A DNA stretch of 63,879 bases, filler included, from Octopus bimaculoides (Eukaryota), in the NCBI RefSeq assembly GCF_001194135.2. It is 6 parts of 6 records of this genome, joined end to end, with 100 filler letters (N's around TTAATTAATTAA, not from the genome) between each part and the next. Parts side by side here need not be neighbours in the genome. Positions count along the whole stretch, not along the records: positions 50,084 to 60,865 come from NC_068983.1; positions 60,966 to 62,742 come from NC_068992.1; positions 62,843 to 63,879 come from NC_068984.1; 3 more parts are not named here. One strand, 5' to 3'. A program made the position numbers and the translations under genes. The notes beneath the pieces were generated by a model. That model was not told where the DNA came from. It saw only the letters and a list, made by a program, of their open reading frames with translations, and searched no databases. This document shows, one piece after another, positions 53,415-63,879 of the stretch; the first letter of the stretch is position 1, and the number at the start of each line of letters is the position of its first letter.

Positions 53415-53846
53415 TCATCATCATCATCATCATCGTTTAACGTCCGCCTTCCATGCTAGTATGGGTTGGACGATTTGACTGAGGACTGGTGAACCGGATG
53501 GCTGCACCAGGCTCCAATCTGATCTGGCAGAGTTTCTACAGCTTGATGCCCTTCCTAACGCCAACCACTCCGAGAGTGCCNNNNNNNNNNNNNNNNNNNN
53601 NNNNNNNNNNNNNNNNNNNNNNNNNNNNNNNNNNNNNNNNNNNNNNNNNNNNNNNNNNNNNNNNNNNNNNNNNNNNNNNNNNNNNNNNNNNNNNNNNNNN
53701 NNNNNNNNNNNNNNNNNNNNNNNNNNNNNNNNNNNNNNNNNNNNNNNNNNNNNNNNNNNNNNNNNNNNNNNNNNNNNNNNNNNNNNNNNNNNNNNNNNNN
53801 NNNNNNNNNNNNNNNNNNNNNNNNNNNNNNNNNNNNNNNNNNNNNN

Positions 53847-53887
<41 letters not shown>

Positions 53888-54048
53888 TCATCATCATCAT
53901 CATTTAACATCTGCCTTCCATACTAGCATGGGTTGGACGATTTGACTGAGGACTGGTGAACCGGATGGCTGCACCAGGCTCCAATCTGATCTGGCAGAGT
54001 TTCTACAGCTTGATGCCCTTCCTAACGCCAACCACTCCGAGAGTGCCA
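53415..54048 (-). mobile_element. Two near-identical family D SINE 3' ends either side of a gap (53415-53580, 53885-54048)
   Basis: ...GTTAGGAAGGGCATC...CCAACCCATGCTAGCATGGAAGGCGGACGTTAAAC(GAT)n on the minus strand. Confidence 0.85.
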
Positions 54049-54264
54049 TAAAGGCTGTACAGAAGCTACTTACCACACAGCCACTCCTGCACCTATAGCT
54101 ATGTATTTTTTCAAGATACCTATGTCTGTCTCTCTATCATACTTTAGCCTCTCGACACCTGGCATAAAGTTACCCCTCCATTCAACAACAACCTCTCTCA
54201 GTTGTAGTGGCTTCTTCTTTTCTTTGTATTGAAAGTTACTTTGTGACCTCACTAATGTTGGTGA

Positions 54265-54744
54265 CATGAAAATAGCACCCAATATACACTGTGAAGTGGC
54301 TGGTGTTAGGAACCATAGAAACCATGCCAAAACAGACATTGGAGTTGATGTAGTCCTGCAACTCACTGGAACCTGTCAAACTGTCCAATCTATGGAAATA
54401 TGGAAGACAGACGTTAAATGGTGATCATCATCATCTTCATCATCATCGTCATCGTCGTCGTTGTCGTCATCGTCATCATAATCATCATCATCGTCATCAT
54501 CTTCATCATCATGATCATCATGATCATCATCATTATCATCATCAAGTGTCTGATTTCCATGCTGGCATGGGTTAGATGGTTTGACTGGAACTGGTAAGCC
54601 AAGTTCCAGTCTGATTTTGGCTTGGTTTATACAACTGGATGCCTGCCCTTCCTAACACCAACCACTCCAAGAGTGTAATGGGTGCCTTTTATGAGTCACT
54701 GGTACATGGGCTTTTACGTATCACTGGAACAAGTGCCTTCTGTG

Positions 54745-54745
<1 letters not shown>
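54265..54745. mobile_element. Tail-to-tail family D SINEs (plus 54265-54425, minus 54535-54745) sharing a (CAT)n tract; another D copy at 60600-60800 (minus)
   Basis: Diverged matches to family D in opposite orientations. Confidence 0.7.
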
Positions 54746-54787
<42 letters not shown>

Positions 54788-55526
54788 ATATGTATGTATG
54801 CATATGTGTGGACATGGGTACATATATGCATGCACATACACATATGTATGTGTGTATGTGTGTGTGTGTGTNNNNNNNNNNNNNNNNNNNNNNNNNNNNN
54901 NNNNNNNNNNNNNNNNNNNNNNNNNNNNNNNNNNNNNNNNNNNNNNNNNNNNNNNNNNNNNNNNNNNNNNNNNNNNNNNNNNNNNNNNNNNNNNNNNNNN
55001 NNNNNNNNNNNNNNNNNNNNNNNNNNNNNNNNNNNNNNNNNNNNNNNNNNNNNNNNNNNNNNNNNNNNNNNNNNNNNNNNNNNNNNNNNNNNNNNNNNNN
55101 NNNNNNNNNNNNNNNNNNNNNNNNNNNNNNNNNNNNNNNNNNNNNNNNNNNNNNNNNNNNNNNNNNNNNNNNNNNNNNNNNNNNNNNNNNNNNNNNNNNN
55201 NNNNNNNNNNNNNNNNNNNNNNNNNNNNNNNNNNNNNNNNNNNNNNNNNNNNNNNNNNNNNNNNNNNNNNNNNNNNNNNNNNNNNNNNNNNNNNNNNNNN
55301 NNNNNNNNNNNNNNNNNNNNNNNNNNNNNNNNNNNNNNNNNNNNNNNNNNNNNNNNNNNNNNNNNNNNNNNNNNNNNNNNNNNNNNNCCGATGTTTTGCA
55401 TTCCTATTTCTCAACCTTGTCGATGTAGAGTGTTGTATCTGCATAAGTTAAAAATATGTAAAGAAAAACAAAAAGAAAATATAGACATTCATGTAAAGAA
55501 AATGTAAATAATATAAGGAACATTAC

Positions 55527-55746
55527 CGTGTATAATGGGAAATGTGCTGTCCGAACTCCACGAGGGTAGATTTGGAGGTCAACAATACCTTTCATATTTT
55601 TAGTTTCCATATAGTCATTGCAGAATTGATTATGGTAAGCTCTCTGGAAACGTTTCTTGTATTTGTAAAGATCATTATATAAATACTGGAGATCATCATC
55701 AATCAATTCTCTCTTGTATCGACACCTATCCAAGATGTCTTTAGCA
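55527..55746 (-). CDS. Internal coding exon (220 nt) of an unidentified host gene: AKDILDRCRYKRELIDDDLQYLYNDLYKYKKRFQRAYHNQFCNDYMETKNMKGIVDLQIYPRGVRTAHFPLYT
   Basis: Strong acceptor tttttttcttcttccag, donor ACG|GTAATG, 1+219 nt open frame of high-complexity peptide. An alternative donor at 55589 (AAG|GTATTG) is possible. Confidence 0.75.
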
Positions 55747-55894
55747 CTGGAAGAAGAAAAAAAATCACAGATAAAAAGCATTAGAAAATATTCATTCTTT
55801 GGATACCAGCCTACCTGAAATCACTTCTGATTCTATGGTCTAAACTTACTATTTTAAAGTAATCAAAATAAAGCCTGCCATCAAGATCTCATAC

Positions 55895-56115
55895 TCTTTT
55901 ACTCTTTTACTTGTTTCAGTCATGTGACAGTGGCCATGCTGGAGCACCGCCTTTTTAGTCGAGCTAATCGACCCCAGAGCTTATTCTTTGTAAGCCTAGT
56001 ACTTATTCTATCGGTCTCTTTTGCCAAACCACTAAGTTACGGGGACGTAAACACACCAGCATCGATTGTCAAGCGATGTTGAGGGGACAAACACAGACAC
56101 ACAAACATATACACA
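55895..56115 (-). mobile_element. SINE family A, 3' half (tail fragments also at 52095-52205 and 59695-59746)
   Basis: Reverse-complement match. Confidence 0.85.
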
Positions 56116-56116
56116 C

Positions 56117-56151
<35 letters not shown>

Positions 56152-56636
56152 NNNNNNNNNNNNNNNNNNNNNNNNNNNNNNNNNNNNNNNNNNNNNNNNN
56201 NNNNNNNNNNNNNNNNNNNNNNNNNNNNNNNNNNNNNNNNNNNNNNNNNNNNNNNNNNNNNNNNNNNNNNNNNNNNNNNNNNNNNNNNNNNNNNNNNNNN
56301 NNNNNNNNNNNNNNNNNNNNNNNNNNNNNNNNNNNNNNNNNNNNNNNNNNNNNNNNNNNNNNNNNNNNNNNNNNNNNNNNNNNNNNNNNNNNNNNNNNNN
56401 NNNNNNNNNNNNNNCTATGTGAATTAACATAAAAAAAAGAAATTATTGTAGTGTTTTATGTCTTTTTGGTAGCTGAATTTTTCCTCTACAACTTTTGTTT
56501 ATCATTTTTGAAATTTGAATAAATTTCACCTCTTTTCAGACATGATGATGGAGTGTCAAATCGAAAAAGACAAAATGAAAACAATTTATTTGATAAGCCA
56601 AAAGAAGTACTTGATAGTTTCTGATATTTAGGTGAC

Positions 56637-56864
56637 TTAACCCTTTAGTATTCAAATTGACCATATCCAGCCAAAATATTCTACCTGTTTTATGTTCAAA
56701 CTGGCCACACCCAGCCTCTCTCACCTACCCTACAACATCATTCTAAAAGTAAACAATCACAATATTGAAATCTCAAAGCGACGAGATAATGCATGATTAA
56801 TTTCAAGCAATATAAATAAACAAGTATTGTATTTGACAAAGTAACCTAAATGCTGAAGGGTTAA
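56637..56864. mobile_element. 220 bp piggyBac-type MITE with TTAA target duplication
   Basis: TTAA|CCCTTTAGTATT...AATGCTGAAGGG|TTAA (element 56641-56860). Confidence 0.75.
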
Positions 56865-57990
56865 CTAACAGCAGAAATGGATAGTCTGAAAGCAGAATGA
56901 GGTGGACAAAGTTCAGGAAGCCTCTGTTAATAATAAACAAATTCTTTCTCAATGTGGTTTGATGCTTGCATATGAAGTACATCACTGGATGGTAGTAAAG
57001 AATGGGTACTAGACATGAAATGGTGTAAAGGCTGGATAGGAAAGGGACCAGCATGTCCACTTGGATGTATAATGTTAGCTTGAATAAATCATGGAGTACA
57101 GGCAAACTGAGGGGTAAAATAGGTTTGAGATGAATCAGATGTAAGGGTGAGAGACAGAAAACGACTTTGATATAGATATATATTGCATATGAAGAATGGA
57201 CATTAGAGAAGTGTCAGGTAATCCAAGGGAAAGGAACCTGTGGAAGAGAAAGAATGAGGAGAGCATGGGTAGAAATGGTGAAATGTGATCTAAGGTTGCT
57301 GAATCTCACAAAAGAGATGACAAAAGACCACTTGAAGGGATGAGGTACTTTACTGGAGAAGACTCATCCAACCAATGTAAGCATGGAAAAATAGATGTAA
57401 AAGGTGCCAAGGATGAAGATAATGGTGGTGGTGGTGGTGGTGGTGATGATGATGATGATGATGAGCTGTTATTTGTACCAATGATTAAGACTGCTGTCAA
57501 AAAATATTTTCTCCATGAGATTAGCATATCAATAGAAAGACTTACAGATGCATTAACAATACAAGATCTAAAGAAATATGATTGAAAATATTGGAAAACA
57601 AGGGGGAAAAAAAATTACAAATATTGATTGAAATATGTATTGTTATATATATTTATCTTATAATACATTTCTAACCTAGTCTAAGTGACAGCTTGTGATA
57701 ACAAAAGAAAAATTTTTGCTGAAGCTATATATATGGCTTTGTACATATTTAAGCTAAAGGTGGCATAAATGCAGTGTTCTAAAGAGATAATTTCATTCAG
57801 GTATAGGAAATATTGATTTCTTTTGATTAAATATTTCTCTTTACTTATATGATATAAGAAGCAATAGACATTACACACCCAATCTGAAACCAATAGGGTC
57901 AAGAAAGAATTTATGGATACATGATTATAAAAATTATTGTTAAATATGTTCATAAGTATATATATATATCACCATCATCATTTAACATTT

Positions 57991-58032
<42 letters not shown>

Positions 58033-58647
58033 TATAATTTAAAGAACCACGAATATACAATTCAAGCAATGAAGTAGACTAATCATTGTTGTTGATACAA
58101 GAATTTCTATTGTTCCAGAATCAGAGAAATTTCTTTGTTAACTCTTCAAACATTTAGTTTTTCTTCTAAGTTTGACCATTTACCAATTCCTTTTTGTAAA
58201 TTGCATTTCGTTCATCCTAAAGTTTAGTTGTTTTTCTTTGCTCTTTTGCCATACTTAAATGGTATTTTCAATTGGTGGTGGTCTGAAATATCTGGCAGTA
58301 GCTCTTTTGCCATGTATTTTAGTGTATTCAGTAGCATAGCATTTAACTAGCAAGATATGTTAGTTGCTTCTGTTTGGATTCCATAAGGGGCTTTGTTTTT
58401 GTCAAAACAAAAAATGCAATGAGTAACAAAAAATGAAAATGTGGAAGCCAGCTGCAAGAATGTGATTCAGAGTGAAGTTCTTACTAGTAAATATTGCAGC
58501 TGCCAAATACTACTGTTATTTCTTGGTTAACTTATAAGCTAAGAAACCGGTATCAGTACATCTGTTGTAAAATTGGGTGGGATTAATGGGTAAACAGAAT
58601 GTTAAAGAAGACATTAATTCAAGTTACAGTATCTTAAATAGACTCAC

Positions 58648-58686
58648 CTATTTGCACCTGGCAAATATCGTACCCCCTTTGAGCAT
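58648..58686 (-). CDS. Putative 39 nt coding micro-exon (x-CSKGVRYLPGAN-S) upstream of the 55746 exon
   Basis: Acceptor tctattttag, consensus donor AG|GTGAGT. Its terminal AG plus the first T of the next exon gives an in-frame AGT. Confidence 0.5.
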   Translation of the reverse strand: MLKGGTIFARCK

Positions 58687-58988
58687 CTAAAATAGACTCA
58701 GCCACTTATGCCTGGTGACTATATAATAAGCTGTCTTACTAAGCATGTATTGCAAAGGTATGCCTTTAAATGTAAATAGGTGTTTCAATCTCAGGTGAAA
58801 TATAGGTGAAAAATCTCCGGATATACATCTAAAAATTAGGAAAATGGTCACATATATGTGCATAATACATCAACATATATATATATATATATATATATGC
58901 ATTTGTATTTGCATATATACAAGCATATAATACACATACACACCCATGTTGTCATTTGGTTTTAATACTGCTTCAGTCACTAATAATT

Positions 58989-59031
<43 letters not shown>

Positions 59032-62000
59032 ATATATANNNNNNNNNNTATACATCTTTATCTATTTATTCTACCGCTCTATAACTTAGAGTGTGCTTCT
59101 TTCTTGGATTTTCTGATTTTCTGAAGATATATATAATCTAAAATACTGTATCCCTTGTAAGAGGCCCAAATGAACCTTAAATGAATAATAAAAACACAAT
59201 GAATTACAGTAATAATACTAATTTTATAGATCAAAACACATAACCTCCTTAGTACTGAAGTAACAACAGCCATAAATAAAGGCGTGTTGCTCTTATAAAT
59301 ATCTATACTGGCTCTTATACTTATATCTGTCACACTCGACTGACTAGCCTAGTGAAATCAGTATACACCTCATAATTATTGTATATTATCATTAACATAC
59401 TGTAATAATATACACATGGCCAACATCTGCTCAGCATCGAAGTGTTTAATATCACCTGCTTCGTGTGTTTTGCATCACAACACTTCAACCACATTATTTT
59501 CATAGATGTGGTTAAAATTACACTCATCATAGGTACAGTGTATCAGTGCTGCATTTATATTTCTAATTAATTCAATTAATTCAAAGCATCTTAAGGTTTT
59601 AAATACCAGAATTGATAGAAGACAAAATCACAATGTTACTCTCTGTGCAGACAACAAAATCCCCCAAAAGTTTACTTCTTCATGGCTGGATTACTCTTTA
59701 CACTTTTACTTGTTTCAGTCATTTGACTATGGCCATGCTGGAGCACNNNNNNNNNNNNNNNNNNNNNNNNNNNNNNNNNNNNNNNNNNNNNNNNNNNNNN
59801 NNNNNNNNNNNNNNNNNNNNNNNNNNNNNNNNNNNNNNNNNNNNNNATATATATATGAAAACTACATTCACACACACAGATACATACGCATGCATATACA
59901 CATACTGTGTGTATACACATATACACATACAACAACAAGAAACAATCAAATGTATAGAAAATAAATGTTGTGTAGTTGTGTAGAGAAGTCAATTAATGCA
60001 GTAATTATATTTACATATATACAAAAGTTTCTTTCAACATTTTTCCATCTGTAGTCTCTAGACATTAGTCTGTCTAAATGGTAGAATAATTATTAGTGAT
60101 ATAAAAAGAACAGTTCAGCTGTTATATAAAACAGTAGCTCACACAACATAATTACATAATAACTAAACAGTGAAAAGTGTTGGTAGTAAAGTGCAAGATA
60201 TATAAATACTTTTGTACAAAAGTGTATGTACAAATATTTGGGTATCAATATCATTAAGTGATTTGTGTATAGAAAATGCGTAACACAGGCTGTAGATGAA
60301 TTATGGTTTCTTGTGTAAGAAGAGTGACACAAAAAAGGAGAGAAAATCAGCATACTTTTATGAAGGCTGGCAAAAATACTTTACTGCTTTGGGAATTAGC
60401 TCAGATATGTGGGATGTGTCTTTTACTTAGACTCATCTTGTTTCATCAAAGTGTCTGTTTATCACAGTCGCTCTTGTATTACTCCCTCTCCTAGCATCCT
60501 CTCGTTCCTTTAGCTCTGTCATGCCCATTATGATCATACTTACACTCTCTCTTCTATTCACCCTCTCAGTCAAGTTTGCCCTGAACAAACAGACACAGCA
60601 TCATCATCGTCATCATTGTTTAACATCCATTGTCCATGCTGGCATGGGTTGGATTGTTTGACCTGGGCTGCATCAGACTCCAGTCTAATTTGACATGGTT
60701 TCTATGGCTGGATGCCCTTCCTAACACCAACCACCCTGAGGGTGTAATGGGTGCTTTTACATGCCACTGGCATGGGTACCAGTTGTGTGACATCAGAATC
60801 TGCTATGACTCTTTATCACTTTATCTCCTGCCACCTGTTTCCTATTTAATTCATTTATACTATACNNNNNNNNNNNNNNNNNNNNNNNNNNNNNNNNNNN
60901 NNNNNNNNNTTAATTAATTAANNNNNNNNNNNNNNNNNNNNNNNNNNNNNNNNNNNNNNNNNNNNAACCTCAGATTTATCATCGCATTGTCTCTCTACTA
61001 CCTCTGTCAAATGAATCACCAAAATTGGCCTTTCATTATTTATAATCTGTACCTGTTTGTTTGGTTACGAAATAAAATACACAAAATGTGTTTCTGAATT
61101 ACGTGTATTTACTTTATATACATATGAGTTGAAAACTTTCTTCTAGCATTCCACTTAATATCTATGTTCCATGCTGGCATGGATTGGAGAGTTATTAATG
61201 TAGAAATATGGTATCGTAGCTACTAACAGTTGAGGGTTGCGTAGTCTAGACGGCGTTTTTAGAGAGAGAGAATAATGCAAATGTATATATCTTCTCTCTT
61301 TTTCTGACATCAACACTAATTCAGCCAGTTTTGAGTCCTGCACGTGCATTTATAGAGGTAATCACAAGTGTATAACAGTAAGTGACTCATACATGTATAG
61401 AGTAGATTATCACTCAAGAGGTGCTCAGAATTTCATAACTGTTTTGGAATGTTGCAAACAAGATGGTAGATAAAATTGTTACTGGTACTTGGTTTATTAT
61501 TTCAGTTCCTGGACCACGTCATGTGCTTTAGCAAAACACTTCATTTCACATTGTTCCACTCTTCTCAGTTGGCAAAAATGAGTTATCCTGCAACAGGATC
61601 TAGGGAAAAAATAGGTGTGTCCCAGAATGCAGGAAACTGGCATTGTTAACTTGTGGCTTGGAAAGATCTTTCATCCTTTTTCCTTTTTTGGAGTGGATGC
61701 AGAATCTAGTATGCTTTGGGCCACGGGAACATTTTGAACTTGTCCCTTAAGTTTCAAACATAACGTGGGAAAAGGCAATGTTGGTTCCATGTTCCATGAA
61801 TGAATTTGAAAGAGTATATGTGTTGTTTGAATCTGCTCTTAAATGACTATTGCAGAAGAGAAGGCAAGATACTTAGCATGAATCCCAAAACCTTTAAGAA
61901 TCTGTAGTGGTAGCTAAATAGTTGAATGATCTCACAAGAAAGATTATAGAGTAACCTCCCTTTACTAAGTTTCTCGAAGCATCTATGTCATGAGATGTGA

Positions 62001-62994
62001 TTCTTAATTATCCAAGAAGCTTAGAGTTTCTCTTGGAAGTTTCTAGAATGTCTAACATTCCATTAATAAAAACAGTTTGCTAACCCTGCTCTTTGCTTCT
62101 TAGTCGATTAGACTGAGAGCCATTCACATCATTGCCATGTCTGTCTATTTCTCTACGCCACATGACTGAAAACCACCACTTAGCTGTTATTTCCACATTT
62201 TCTATCTCTGAACTTTCTTGTATAGATTACTCCATTCAACTAGGTTCTACATTTTGATTATGTTTCATCATCGACCAGTAAATAAAATATATATTTATGT
62301 AGTAAAATATATTTTACTTCATAAATGCAGTAAAATATATTTTTATGTAGTAAATATATAGTGCTTGAATTTATTCTTTCTCCGCTGACATACTACGACG
62401 AAGTCTCCAAGATTATGCTGCAGATAAGATAGAGATTTTTATTTATTTACGGCCTCAACATTTTCTCATACCTTTTTGCGCTTTAGTCTGTCCTCTATTA
62501 TTTATCTTGTTTCTCTCCATGAAATTCAATTGAATTCAGTTTTTGTCTTAAATTCATACTTATTCATTTTCTAAGCTTAGCCATCTTTCCTTGTACAAAG
62601 GCTCCCTAAATTCATGCTACTTATCTATTCTATTTACCTAAGTTTCATTGCTCTTTTAAAAATTACGATTTATGCATTGTTGTCTCTCAAATATTTAGAA
62701 TCTGCGTTGTCTCTCAAATATTTAGAATCTACGATTAAGAGGNNNNNNNNNNNNNNNNNNNNNNNNNNNNNNNNNNNNNNNNNNNNTTAATTAATTAANN
62801 NNNNNNNNNNNNNNNNNNNNNNNNNNNNNNNNNNNNNNNNNNTATATATATATCAATAGAGGGGTCACAAAATTGACAGAGGGTAGTGACTAGCACCGCT
62901 TTTGCTAAAGATAAGAGTTAAACCAACTCAAAGCCACAAGCGCATTGTCTTAAGCGACTAACAAAGGGAGCTAAGTCCCCAGCGTACATAGCGG

Positions 62995-63046
62995 GTTCAC
63001 GATTTCGAATTTTGATGTAGATCATCTTAATCCTCATCAGTGGCTC
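62995..63046 (-). ncRNA. Decayed hammerhead-like motif
   Basis: Minus strand CTGATGA-GGATT aa GATG atcta CATC aa AATTC-GAAA-TCGTGA. Core and stem II are good; cleavage triplet and stem I are not satisfied. Confidence 0.35.
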
Positions 63047-63124
63047 TTAACGCCTAAGGATCAACTCAGCAGCCTCTGTTAGTCTCATAAGAAAAACCGC
63101 TGAAAACGTGTAAAAGTGTAAAAA

Positions 63125-63480
63125 TGATCGATGATGTTCGACGGTGAGCCTTTGTAATGTCCATTGTTTTCGTCTTCTCCATACTAATTTTCAGATCATT
63201 TTTTTCTGTATTCTGTTCTAGTTATGACGTGAGCTGTTGTAGGCTTTTATCACTTTTAGTGAGCAGGACTTCATCAGCAAAGCTAAGATCCTTCAGTCTA
63301 ATCACTTGTTTCCTTGGATTCCTCCAATCAGGTATGTTTGTTGTCTACTGCCAGTAAGAACGAAAGAGGCTACGTATTGCAGTGTTGCTTCATTCCAGTA
63401 TGACTGTCGAAGAAGTCTGTTTTCCTTGTTTCCATTTGAATAGAGCATCGCAAATTTGAGTTCAGTTCTTTAAATATATT
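63125..63480 (-). mobile_element. Decayed RTE-like LINE reverse transcriptase fragment
   Basis: TDFFDSHTGMKQ...FLLAVD...LKDLSFADEVLL...LQQLT..LE...LKISMEKTKTM, with stops. Confidence 0.75.
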
Positions 63481-63499
63481 AATTTCAAATTTTGGTTTA

Positions 63500-63670
63500 A
63501 GGCCATTAATTTTGATGGGAGAGGACGAATCAATTATATCGACCCCACTGTTACTTATTTTGTCGACACCGAAAGAATGAAAAGCAAAGCTGACTTTGGC
63601 GGAATTTGAACTCAGAACGTAAAGACGGACGAAATGCAGCTAAGCATTTTTCCCAGCGAGCTCACCACCT
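63500..63670 (-). mobile_element. SINE family B
   Basis: Reverse-complement match. Confidence 0.8.
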
Positions 63671-63747
63671 TGCGTATTTAAATATATTGGCAACACATAC
63701 ATAACGAGTGTATGAATGTGTAGATAAATACACACACACACAAACAC

Positions 63748-63789
<42 letters not shown>

Positions 63790-63879
63790 GTAGTCAAGTT
63801 GAAATGTAGTTGAATATGTACTTGTGTCTGTATCTGTATGTTTGTTCATGTGTGCGTGTGCACGTGGGTATGTGTGTGC

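Noticed and set aside
53415-54048. Recent tandem duplication of SINE D
   Set aside because: Copies flank a gap and are nearly identical; allelic or assembly redundancy cannot be excluded.
56540-56621. Plus-strand exon-like HDDGVSNRKRQNENNLFDKPKEVLDSF*
   Set aside because: Opposite strand to the supported gene, short, and without a partner exon.
59330-59620. Minus-strand frame ...VVEVL*CKTHEAGDIKHFDAEQ... as a selenoprotein or viral RdRp motif A remnant
   Set aside because: Multiple stops, only one short motif, no SECIS or motif B/C identified.
990-63849. Most supplied ORFs (poly-X, YIYI, HTHT, CVCV, poly-N/I/S/L/H/M)
   Set aside because: Translations of microsatellites, N-gaps or SINE bodies; no coding complexity.

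Overview
This is a repeat-dominated, AT-rich eukaryotic window, not prokaryotic; almost all supplied ORFs are microsatellite or N-gap artefacts. The SINE families and microsatellite load resemble a cephalopod (Octopus-like) draft assembly, which is an inference from recalled repeat sequences. It has many N-gaps and five artificial N44-TTAATTAATTAA-N44 scaffold joins. Identifiable content: (1) about 45 SINE copies or fragments from about five tRNA-derived families, labelled A-E here; (2) decayed transposon coding remnants (two mariner-superfamily, two R4/Dong-like, one CRE-like, one L1/Tx1-like, one RTE-like, one possible CR1/L2-like) plus MITEs and a Helentron/DINE-like end; (3) two phase-compatible minus-strand coding exons of an unidentified host gene (58686-58648, 55746-55527) inside a visibly CpG-poor domain; (4) the most notable signal, at least four distinct sequence families of minimal type I hammerhead ribozyme motifs with palindromic stem III, the architecture known from Penelope-like element termini and retrozymes. 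One of these (36214-36254, minus) is fully canonical and two sit in long foldback inverted repeats. No true tRNA, rRNA or CRISPR locus is supported. All calls were made by eye; repeat boundaries are approximate.
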